From the NCBI GenBank assembly GCA_020722815.1, contig DYKB01000026.1, positions 9,774-73,773 of the forward strand: a stretch of DNA of 64,000 nucleotides, written 5' to 3'. The first letter of the stretch is position 1, and each line of letters opens with the position of its first letter. The position numbers and the translations under genes were made by a program. The notes under the pieces were generated by a model, which made no database searches, had not been told where the DNA came from, and was given only the letters and a program-made list of their open reading frames with translations. The DNA is from Caldithrix sp. GTDB taxonomy: Bacteria; Zhuqueibacterota; Zhuqueibacteria; Thermofontimicrobiales; Sulfurfontimicrobiaceae. Of this stretch, positions 9,350-17,962 are shown piece by piece.

Positions 9350-12310
9350 TTAAAATATATATCTGAATCCCAAATTTGCATTTCTGCCGTAGTCTTCGAT
9401 ATAACTGGCGAAATCCAGGTGGTTGATGACATTTCTTTCAAGCTCATTGGTCAGATTATTGACATTCAGGAAAAATTCCAGTCCTTTGACCGGTAATTGT
9501 TGCTTGATTGCCAGATCATAGCGATAAAAATCAGTGGAATAACCCCGCAAAGCTTCATACCAGTTTGACGATGTAAAGATGTGAGATTTATAGCGCATGG
9601 CCCAGCGAATTGAAAAGCCTTTATAGTCATAACCCAGCGTGAGATTGAGTAAATGATCCGGTTGCTGAATCATGGGACTGGTATAAGTGGTATCTTCATT
9701 AACTAAAGTTGTCTTATACGTTTTGGGATCAACTTGCATTTTGATTCTTGTCCTCAGATACTCAGCTTCGGATTTATTCCGGGTATAGTTCATGTTCAGG
9801 ACCAGACCTCGTAATAATCCGGGCAAATACCAGAAGTTCGATTGCCATTCCAGTTCATAACCATAATTGAATGCTTCGTTCTCATTGTTGACAGCCCATG
9901 CTGCCCGCTGACGGTTCATTACTTGTGGCAATTCAAAAAAGGCAATATCCATAATGGCTTTCTGTCCCGTCCAGAAAATCATATCGGTAATTTTTTTATG
10001 AAATGCGCCGACAGAGAACAAACCAATTTTATTCGAATGCAAAGACACCTGAATATCCCAGTTTCGGGATAATTCCGGTTTCAGTCGGAAATTACTCAAA
10101 TTATCGATTTGCCCCTGCGTTGTAATCACCCAACCCGGCATAATGTTATTGTAATTGGGGCGTTGCAGCGTGTGCGTATATCCTGCCTTGAATGTCAACC
10201 AGTTAGTCGGCTTGTAAAAGGCTTGAATCATCGGTAACCAGAACTCATTATTGCGGACTTTGGTGACGGTATCGATTGGCGTCACTCGCCAGTCCCCTAA
10301 AACACCGAGTCGGTTACCGCGATATCCGGTGTATTCAGTCCGGTTCTTTTCATACCGCACTCCAGGCACAACCAAAAAGCTGGAACCAATGTTAATTTCT
10401 GGCATCAGGTAGAAAGCCGAATAGTCTTCAGTGCCATGATAATCTTGAAAATGAGAGTTGATAAAATTTCGCTGCGTGATATCATACATACTGGTACTGG
10501 TGGGATCATAAACACCCATGATGAGATCATGAATCCGACGAAATTTCGATTTATCGAATACATGACCAAAATCATATCTTCCGTTAAGAAAATCCCCGCC
10601 CTCATAATCCTTATCTAAAAAATCAATTAATAAAATTTTCATGTTATCCGCAGCCCAGGCTTCCTTGGTTCGTTCACCAAGTTCATCCACAAATCCATTG
10701 TAAACCAGATTTCTAAATTCCTGAGAACCCCCTTCATTGCTGGCACGCAAACTTGTTCGGTCATACGCTTTAGATTTATGTTTAAATTTACCACCCATGC
10801 TCAATTTCACCTTGATCTGTTTGGTAATATTAAAGTTATAAGTGAGGTTGAGTTCGGCAGCCAGATCCCGTTCCCTGGTTTCACTCTCATCATGGCTGAT
10901 ATCTCCCATGTGCATGAAGTAAACAGCTTCATCCATTGAAATTCGCAGGGAGTCTGGAATCGTCTCCGGATCCAGATCGACATTAAAATTAGACTTTCTG
11001 TTCGTTGGAAAAGGATTGCTTGGGGAGCCATTGTTAGTCGAACTTATTCGTGCGGGTAAGATATTTTCGGAATAAGAATGGCTAAAGATTGAATTGATTT
11101 CGATATTCTGCCACCGGTGATCAATTTGTAAAGAGTTGGTCAGTACCGTTAACCAACTTTCCGGCGTATCTGAATAATTTAATGCAAATCCCTGCTGGGT
11201 AAAGTCATAATTGTTTTGGTATCGGGTTTCTTCCCGGTTAATCCGACTATAAAAATTTGAGGATTTTATAACAGTTGCTGGCAGGGCAAAATCCAGTACC
11301 ATTGTACCGCCCAATCGATGAATATTACGAAATATATCCATTAACTGAACACTATTGGTTTTCACCGGTGCTGTTTCATTTTCCTGTGAAAATGAAATGC
11401 CGCCCAATTGCTGCGAACTGGCGTCCTTTTCTTCATAATCGACCTGGGCGTAAATACCGAGTAAATTGGCATAAAAACGATTGCTGACACCGCCCGATAC
11501 TTTGAAATCCTGATAAGTATTTCGCAGGCTATTGTAACCACCCTGGGCAATTGCATTAAATGACAGGCCTTCCGGTGCTTTTTTGATGCGGAAATTGACG
11601 ATACCGCCGGTAGCAGTTGCCTCCTGATTGGCCATGACAGATTTGGTTAACTCGATTCCTTCCAACATGTAAGGCGAAATCATACTCAGATCCGTGCTGC
11701 GATCCCCTTCGCCCGTTGCCGTCATATTAACGCCATCGATCTGAATCAGTGAATATTTTGATGCCATCCCGCGAATCACAACCTTCGTTCCTTCACCACC
11801 GCTTCGCTCCAGCGATACGCCGGGGAGTCGTCCGACCGCTTCGGCTGCGTTCGCTTCCGGCAATTCCTGAATCTGTTTTTTCGAGACAATATTTTTAATG
11901 GTTCGGGAAGACAACTGCTGGTTAATGGCCTGCATCTGACCTTCAGCCTGGGCGGTTACCATGACCACCTCGCCTTCGACAGCCTGTGGTTTCATTTTGA
12001 CGTCATATTTTATCTTTTCATCCACGCTAATATTAATTGTAAAAGTCAGTGTTTCGTAACCAATATACCGGGCAATAACCTCATATTTCCCAGGAGGTAC
12101 ATTGGTGATAATATAATTACCATCAATATTAGAAGCCGTTCCAATACTGGTCCCTTTTAAAAATACATTTGCACCTGGAAGGGTATTGCCAGTTTCAATA
12201 TCGGTAACACGACCTGAAATTTGTCCTGTCCGCGCTTCTGCAAGAGAACTTGAGAAAAGCAGAATGGCGATGATGAGTGAACACTTCATCAGAGTTCCAC
12301 GAACTTTCAT
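9350..12310 (-). CDS. TonB-dependent outer-membrane receptor with carboxypeptidase-regulatory-like N-terminal domain
   Basis: 986-aa ORF with a signal peptide. It has a CarboxypepD_reg-like segment (GRVTDIETGNTLPGANVFLKGTSIGTASNIDGNYIITNVPPGKYEV). A plug region follows (EAVGRLPGVSLERSGGEGTKVVIRGM). The C-terminal barrel ends in ...NLGFRYIF. Confidence 0.85.
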   Translation of the reverse strand: MKVRGTLMKCSLIIAILLFSSSLAEARTGQISGRVTDIETGNTLPGANVFLKGTSIGTASNIDGNYIITNVPPGKYEVIARYIGYETLTFTINISVDEKIKYDVKMKPQAVEGEVVMVTAQAEGQMQAINQQLSSRTIKNIVSKKQIQELPEANAAEAVGRLPGVSLERSGGEGTKVVIRGMASKYSLIQIDGVNMTATGEGDRSTDLSMISPYMLEGIELTKSVMANQEATATGGIVNFRIKKAPEGLSFNAIAQGGYNSLRNTYQDFKVSGGVSNRFYANLLGIYAQVDYEEKDASSQQLGGISFSQENETAPVKTNSVQLMDIFRNIHRLGGTMVLDFALPATVIKSSNFYSRINREETRYQNNYDFTQQGFALNYSDTPESWLTVLTNSLQIDHRWQNIEINSIFSHSYSENILPARISSTNNGSPSNPFPTNRKSNFNVDLDPETIPDSLRISMDEAVYFMHMGDISHDESETRERDLAAELNLTYNFNITKQIKVKLSMGGKFKHKSKAYDRTSLRASNEGGSQEFRNLVYNGFVDELGERTKEAWAADNMKILLIDFLDKDYEGGDFLNGRYDFGHVFDKSKFRRIHDLIMGVYDPTSTSMYDITQRNFINSHFQDYHGTEDYSAFYLMPEINIGSSFLVVPGVRYEKNRTEYTGYRGNRLGVLGDWRVTPIDTVTKVRNNEFWLPMIQAFYKPTNWLTFKAGYTHTLQRPNYNNIMPGWVITTQGQIDNLSNFRLKPELSRNWDIQVSLHSNKIGLFSVGAFHKKITDMIFWTGQKAIMDIAFFELPQVMNRQRAAWAVNNENEAFNYGYELEWQSNFWYLPGLLRGLVLNMNYTRNKSEAEYLRTRIKMQVDPKTYKTTLVNEDTTYTSPMIQQPDHLLNLTLGYDYKGFSIRWAMRYKSHIFTSSNWYEALRGYSTDFYRYDLAIKQQLPVKGLEFFLNVNNLTNELERNVINHLDFASYIEDYGRNANLGFRYIF

Positions 12311-12443
12311 AGTCCCTCCTCAAAAAATTAGGTTTAATCAAATTTAAAATTGACTTTATTGATATCGTATTTATATAAAATCAGACCAAATTCAGGTTTT
12401 AACTAACAAGTATAACACAGCTTTAATATCTATTTGCGTATTT

Positions 12444-13547
12444 TTAATGGAAAAAATATTTATTTTGATAATAATTAATATTTTCGCGCATAATAATGTC
12501 TAATGGCATCATAATCTCTTTTTGAACGGTCTTCTTTAAAACCACATGTCGAAAAAGCGTATAAATACCCTCATATCCCTGAATTTCAGGCTTTTGACTG
12601 ATAAGAATATCAATTAATCCTTCACGAAGATATTCGATATTTTTATCTGTCAAATCGTAACCAATGATTTTAAATGGTTTTGCCAGACCATTTTCTTTTA
12701 AATATTCAGCGACGCGATAGGTGAGAGCCGTGGTAACAAAAACCCCCTGTAAATCAGGCAAATCCGAAAAGATTGTATTGATTATCTTCTGAAACGGCCC
12801 TTTATCTTCACGTCGATCAAGGCCATAACTTTTTATTTTAATTGTTGTTATATGCGAAAAATAATATTGAAATCCCTTCGCGCGTTCGTTTATATGATAA
12901 TCCTCTGGCAGGATGGTGATAATGGCGATGGTACCACTCTTGTCATGAACCAACATGTGCATCAGTTTGCCGGAAAGATAACCACTCTGGAATGAATCCT
13001 GACCAATATATGACAGGCAATTTGAGTTCGGAACAGTTGAATTAAAAAAAACATAAGGTAATGTTGGGGGAATCTGTTTGATGAATTCACAATCAATATT
13101 TTTAAAAATGGTGGGTACAATTAATAAACCATCCAGGTTGTCATGAAGTGACTTTTGCGCCATATTAATAAAGGAAATATCTGAATAGCCGTCATAAGTA
13201 TAGAATTCAATTTTCACACGATGTGGATCAAGTTCTGCTTCGGCACTTCTGATGCCGCTTATGGCAAGCTCCCAATAGTGGTTATCTTGTGAAATTTCAG
13301 GCATGATGACGCCAAAATGATAACCCCTGGTTCGGGAAAGGCTACGTGCCAAAGGATTCGGTCGATAATTTAATTCTTTGGCGATTTTTAGTATCCGTTT
13401 CTCGGTCTCTTCCGCCACCCGGCCACGATTATGAAATACGCGATCGACAGTGCCAATAGATACATTCGCCTTGATGGCTATTTCACGCATTGTAGACATT
13501 TTCTGAGGGATTTCCTTATTGAATAATTTAGCAGGATCTGATTTCAT
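12444..13547 (-). CDS. LacI-family transcriptional regulator
   Basis: It has an N-terminal HTH (MREIAIKANVSIGTVDRVFHNRGRVAEETEKRILKIAKELNYRPNPLARSL) followed by a periplasmic-binding-protein-like sugar-binding fold. The true start may be the internal MSTM. Confidence 0.8.
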   Translation of the reverse strand: MKSDPAKLFNKEIPQKMSTMREIAIKANVSIGTVDRVFHNRGRVAEETEKRILKIAKELNYRPNPLARSLSRTRGYHFGVIMPEISQDNHYWELAISGIRSAEAELDPHRVKIEFYTYDGYSDISFINMAQKSLHDNLDGLLIVPTIFKNIDCEFIKQIPPTLPYVFFNSTVPNSNCLSYIGQDSFQSGYLSGKLMHMLVHDKSGTIAIITILPEDYHINERAKGFQYYFSHITTIKIKSYGLDRREDKGPFQKIINTIFSDLPDLQGVFVTTALTYRVAEYLKENGLAKPFKIIGYDLTDKNIEYLREGLIDILISQKPEIQGYEGIYTLFRHVVLKKTVQKEIMMPLDIIMRENINYYQNKYFFH

Positions 13548-13777
13548 AATAATTTCATTAAGATTTCAACCTTTTGGAATACATTTGTAAATTATCGTCA
13601 ATACTGTTTATGTATATTAAAATTAATTGGATAAACCATCCTGTTAATCAATTGAAAAGTTTTCATTTCGGAATAGGGAAGACCTTGTATAATTTTTTTT
13701 CTTTTCTAAGTAGTCACTAATTTTTCAGTAAAATCGGTACCTGTTCCTGTATATTAAACTTTTCAACACCCGGTCAT

Positions 13778-14764
13778 TTATTTCTGAATACCGGATAACA
13801 TATCTTTTATTCCACCGATGGAACTTAAAATACCCGTGGCCTCATACGGCAGATAAACGACTTTATTTTCTTTACCGGAGACCATCTCTTTGAGTGCTTC
13901 AATATAACGTACGGCTATCAAGTAATTAGCGGGGTCCCCTTTCGTTGTAGAAATCGCCTTCGTGATCATCGTAATCGCTTCTGATTCAGCCTGAGCCACT
14001 TTAATCCGGGCTTCCGCTTCGCCTTCGGCCATTAATATTTTCGCGCGTTTGGTACCTTCCGCTTTGTTGATTTCCGCCTCACGGTAACCTTCGGCTTCTA
14101 AAATTCGTGATTTTTTCAATCCTTCAGCTTCCAGAATAGCGGCCCGCCGATCCCGCTCCGCACGCATCTGTTTTTCCATGGCATCACGAATATCGCGGGG
14201 TGGGTTGATATCCTGCAATTCTACCCGGTTTACTTTGACTCCCCACTTATCGGTTGCGTCGTCGAGAATGGTTCGTAATTTATTATTGATTGTATCGCGG
14301 GAACTTAAAGTGTCATCCAGATCCATTTCACCGATAACATTACGTAGCGTGGTCTGGGTCAATTTTTCGATGGCATCTGGTAAGTTAGCGATCTCGTAGA
14401 CGGCCCGGACGGGTTCGGTAATTTGAAAATAGAGTAAAGCATTAATTTCAGTGACGACATTATCGCGTGTAATAACATTTTGTCGGGGGAAATCATAAAC
14501 TGTTTCCCGCAGATCAATACGCTTAACCGATTGTTTGCGGATGATCTGCTGGCCATTGGCGGCGAGTTGAACGTAACGCCATTCAATTTCCTTTGGTTTA
14601 TCAATAATTGGCCAGAGAATATTCACCCCCGAAACCAACGTCCGATGATAGCGTCCCAGTCGCTCAATAACCATCGTTTCTGCCTGCTGGATAATAATAA
14701 TGCCTTTCGCAGCAAAAACGATAACTAAGAAAGCGATTGCCAGCATAATATAAATGAGATCCAT
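13778..14764 (-). CDS. SPFH/band-7 (stomatin/paraslipin-like) membrane protein
   Basis: 328 aa with an N-terminal TM helix. It has an SPFH core (VIERLGRYHRTL..., TRDNVVTEINALLYFQITEP) and a coiled-coil, E/A/R-rich C-terminal half. Confidence 0.85.
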   Translation of the reverse strand: MDLIYIMLAIAFLVIVFAAKGIIIIQQAETMVIERLGRYHRTLVSGVNILWPIIDKPKEIEWRYVQLAANGQQIIRKQSVKRIDLRETVYDFPRQNVITRDNVVTEINALLYFQITEPVRAVYEIANLPDAIEKLTQTTLRNVIGEMDLDDTLSSRDTINNKLRTILDDATDKWGVKVNRVELQDINPPRDIRDAMEKQMRAERDRRAAILEAEGLKKSRILEAEGYREAEINKAEGTKRAKILMAEGEAEARIKVAQAESEAITMITKAISTTKGDPANYLIAVRYIEALKEMVSGKENKVVYLPYEATGILSSIGGIKDMLSGIQK

Positions 14765-14787
14765 GATTACTTCTCCCTAATCAAATT

Positions 14788-15222
14788 TTATATTTTCTTA
14801 ACAACAACTTTAGAACCATCAACTTTTAGAATTTCAACCTTTTCGCCGACTGCAATAACACTTTCATCAATCGAAACAGCACGCCAATCTTCGCCATTAA
14901 TAATAACTCTTCCGGAATTTCGGGCGGAATCAATCTGGATCGAAACTCGACCGGTTTTATTTGCCAGTGCATCCACATTTGTTTTGACATTGTCAGTCGC
15001 TTTGAAAAAATATTGCAGAATTAAAGGACGAAGACCAAAGAAGACGGCTAAAGTCGTTACAGAGAAGGCTGATACTTGAATTTGAAAGCTAAATTTCAAA
15101 AAAGCGGCCAGTGCGGATATAATACAGCCCACACCAAAACAGGCGAGAACAAATCCAGGTGTAAAAATTTCTATAATAAAAAACAAAACGGCAACAAAAA
15201 TCCAAACATGCCAGGCTTGCAC
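14788..15222 (-). CDS. NfeD-family membrane protein (partner of the SPFH protein)
   Basis: 144 aa with three hydrophobic helices and a C-terminal OB-like soluble domain (GRVIINGEDWRAVS...EKVEILKVDGSKVVVKK). It sits immediately upstream of the SPFH gene, the classical nfeD-stomatin arrangement. Confidence 0.8.
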   Translation of the reverse strand: MQAWHVWIFVAVLFFIIEIFTPGFVLACFGVGCIISALAAFLKFSFQIQVSAFSVTTLAVFFGLRPLILQYFFKATDNVKTNVDALANKTGRVSIQIDSARNSGRVIINGEDWRAVSIDESVIAVGEKVEILKVDGSKVVVKKI

Positions 15223-15420
15223 CGGAGTCTCTCCTTAAATAATATGAGATTAGAATCTAGTTCCAGTTCTGATTTTTTCCAATCCTTGTGATACAGAAAT
15301 CCGACTTGATGCAATATACGCCAATGATACTATTATGATGTTATTCTATTTATAAACAAAGGTAATAATAGATAAGTGCGTGTTTTATTAAAAATAACAT
15401 ACAACCGGACAAAATCCAAA

Positions 15421-15440
15421 ATGCGTTATCGATAACGCAT
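15421..15440. promoter_or_regulatory. Perfect 20-bp palindrome ATGCGTTATCGATAACGCAT (candidate operator)
   Basis: Read directly from the sequence. The half-site TGCGTTATCG recurs at 15512-15521. Between them lies a 14-bp inverted repeat: AAAAAAATTATGCT (15447-15460) and AGCATAATTTTTTT (15495-15508). Confidence 0.35.
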
Positions 15441-15770
15441 CCAATGAAAAAAATTATGCTAATATCTTAAAAAATAAGCAATTGAATCAGTATCAGCATA
15501 ATTTTTTTGTTTGCGTTATCGTTCACACAAAATATTATATTAAAAAATTTTCAAAGAGTCAAGACTTTTTTTAAAAATTTTTTTGTATCCCTTCAAAAAA
15601 CCAGCGAAAGCCAAGTCGGTATTCAGGTTCTAAGGATAAGCTGCTGGTGAACTCCAACGGGTTACCTGAAATAACCATATCAAATAACAGCTTTGGGCTA
15701 ACCAGCTAACCGCTACAGCCTAAACAGCCTGAGTAATTACGAAAAATAAATAAATTCATTGTGAATTCTC

Positions 15771-15799
15771 TTGATATTCTCTTGATAACTCATTATATT
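15771..15799 (+). promoter_or_regulatory. Sigma-70-type promoter of the CM-PDT-DAHPS gene
   Basis: TTGATA (15771-15776), a 17-nt spacer, then TATATT (15794-15799). It lies about 58 nt upstream of the GTG start at 15857. Confidence 0.5.
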
Positions 15800-15856
15800 A
15801 CAACCCATTTTTTATATATCCCATGAATTAAAATCGTACCTGAAGGAGAAAATAAA

Positions 15857-17914
15857 GTGAATCAGGATCAGGATTTAAAACAAAAATTAATGGATTTGGA
15901 TGCAGTGCTTCTGGAAAAATTGGCTGAAAGAAAGAAAGTACTCACCGATTTAATAAAAAAAGAAATTGGAAGCGATCTCATTTTTGGCAATAAAGCCCAG
16001 GAATCCATACTTTTAAAACGATTAATACGTGAGGGTAAAAAACTGGGGCTTGATTCGTATTTTATCACCCGGCTTTTTCGTGAAATTTTTACCCATTCAC
16101 AGCGCATTCAGGAAGAATTACTAAGCCTGTCGCCACGAAAAGAAGATCAGGCTAAAGAGCAGATTATTGTTTGTTTTCAAGGTGTTGAGGGGGCATATAG
16201 CCACCTGGTGGGTCAAAAATATTTTTCTACCCGATTGGATCAGGTTGTTTTTCGTGGTTTACCGACATTTAAAGCAATTGTCGACAGTGTCGAAAGAGGT
16301 GAAGCGAATTATGCTATTTTACCCATTGAAAACACCACGGCCGGCAGTATAAATGAAGCTTATGATCTTCTCAGCCAATCATCAATTTCAATCATCGGTG
16401 AAGAAAGCTGGCCGGTAAAGCATTGCTTGTTAGCTATTGAAAAGGTACCACTTTCCAGGATCCGTCGCATTTATTCACATCCACAAGCTTTAACGCAATG
16501 CAGTAATTTTCTATCGACGCTGGAGCATTGTGTGATAGAAAGTTTTATTGATACCGCACTAGCAGTAAAAAAGGTGAAAGATGATGAAGATTTATCTGAA
16601 GCGGCGATTGCCAGTGAAGAAGCAGCCGAACTCTATGGCTTAGAAATCGTTAAGCGGGATATTGCCAATACCCGTGAAAATTTTACCCGCTTTGTCATCA
16701 TCGCGCGGGAGCAACTGGAATATAGTGAAAAAATTGCCTGTAAAACCTCCCTTATTATTGCTACCAAACATATTGAAGGTGCATTGGTTCATTGCCTGAA
16801 TGTCCTGGCACGTAATCATCTTAATATGACAAAGCTGGAATCGCGGCCGCGTCCGAATATTCCCTGGGAATACCTGTTCTATATTGATTTTGAAGGAAAT
16901 ATAATGCAGGCAGCCGTTAAAAAGGCGATGGAAGAATTAAGTGCAGAAGTCAGTTATATGAAAATTTTGGGCAGTTATCCGGCTAAAGTTGCCATGACCG
17001 GTCAGAGTGGGGAACAGGGCAACCATTCGAAACTGGTAGAAACCATTCCAGCCGTTCAGGATGCTTTACCGGAACGACCGGCCACCAGATTAGCTGTACC
17101 CGAAAAGAAACCCTATCGGTTGGCGAGTCGTGCCTATAAGGATGATGATACCCTCATCAAAGTCAAAGATGTTATCATTGGTGGTGATGATTTTATTGTT
17201 ATTGCCGGGCCATGTGCGGTTGAAAATGAAGAACAAATTTTTCAATGTGCCCGCGAAGTATCTGAAAATGGTGGTCAGATTTTGCGTGGCGGCGTTTTTA
17301 AGCCCCGAACCTCTCCTTATAGTTTTCAAGGCCTGGGTTTTGAAGGTCTGGACCTGCTAATCCGGGCTGGAAATGCATATAACCTGCCGATTATTACAGA
17401 AGTTTTGCAGCCCAAAGATGTACGAAGTGTCGCCGAGAGTGCCGATATTCTCCAAATCGGCGCCCGAAACATGCAAAATTTCCCACTCTTAAGGGAAGTC
17501 GGGCAGGTTAATCGACCGGTAATGCTAAAACGCGGCCTGATGGCATCAATTGATGAATTGTTATCGGCGGCAGAATATATTTTAGCGCAAGGAAATCAAC
17601 AGGTTATCTTGTGTGAACGGGGTATTCGCACCTTTGAAACGGCCACCCGAAACACCCTCGATCTGTCAGCCGTGCCCATTATTCGAAGTCTGAGCCATTT
17701 GCCGATTTTGGTGGATCCATCCCATGCCAGTGGCGATTGGCGCTGGATTATCCCCCTGGTAGAGGCTGCTTTTGCTGTCGGTGCCAATGGTGTCATGGTC
17801 GAAATCCACCCGGAACCTGAAAAAGCATTAAGTGATGGCCCCCAGGCATTAAAATTTGATAATTTCCAGGTCATGATGCAACGACTCCAGCGGATGAAAG
17901 CAGTGTTACGCTAA
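15857..17914 (+). CDS. Fusion protein: chorismate mutase (AroQ) + prephenate dehydratase + ACT domain + 3-deoxy-7-phosphoheptulonate (DAHP) synthase type I-beta
   Basis: 685-aa ORF with a GTG start. The N-terminal ~90 aa are CM_2-like. The PDT region reads IVCFQGVEGAYSHLVG...NTTAGSINEAYDLL...YSHPQAL. The ACT region reads ESRPRPNIPWEYLFYIDFEG. After a linker, the C-terminal ~270 aa are KDO8PS-like DAHPS (IAGPCAVENEEQ...LRGGVFKPRTSPYSFQGLG...LQIGARNMQNF...LKRG...CERGIRTFE...DPSHASG). Confidence 0.85.
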   Translation: MNQDQDLKQKLMDLDAVLLEKLAERKKVLTDLIKKEIGSDLIFGNKAQESILLKRLIREGKKLGLDSYFITRLFREIFTHSQRIQEELLSLSPRKEDQAKEQIIVCFQGVEGAYSHLVGQKYFSTRLDQVVFRGLPTFKAIVDSVERGEANYAILPIENTTAGSINEAYDLLSQSSISIIGEESWPVKHCLLAIEKVPLSRIRRIYSHPQALTQCSNFLSTLEHCVIESFIDTALAVKKVKDDEDLSEAAIASEEAAELYGLEIVKRDIANTRENFTRFVIIAREQLEYSEKIACKTSLIIATKHIEGALVHCLNVLARNHLNMTKLESRPRPNIPWEYLFYIDFEGNIMQAAVKKAMEELSAEVSYMKILGSYPAKVAMTGQSGEQGNHSKLVETIPAVQDALPERPATRLAVPEKKPYRLASRAYKDDDTLIKVKDVIIGGDDFIVIAGPCAVENEEQIFQCAREVSENGGQILRGGVFKPRTSPYSFQGLGFEGLDLLIRAGNAYNLPIITEVLQPKDVRSVAESADILQIGARNMQNFPLLREVGQVNRPVMLKRGLMASIDELLSAAEYILAQGNQQVILCERGIRTFETATRNTLDLSAVPIIRSLSHLPILVDPSHASGDWRWIIPLVEAAFAVGANGVMVEIHPEPEKALSDGPQALKFDNFQVMMQRLQRMKAVLR

Positions 17915-17962
17915 TTTTAGCGAAATTCAGCAAAAAAATATAAATTTATTTAAAGTTTTGCT

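Noticed and set aside
15590-15725. GC-richer island in the AT-rich 15.2-15.8 kb intergenic region as a small RNA or riboswitch
   Set aside because: I recognised no known RNA motif. The minus strand translates as ...NPLEFTSSLSLEPEYRLGFRWFF, which resembles the C-terminal strand of an outer-membrane barrel (the TonB-dependent receptors here end in LGFRYIF). It is more likely a fossil 3' gene end, but the evidence is too weak to annotate.
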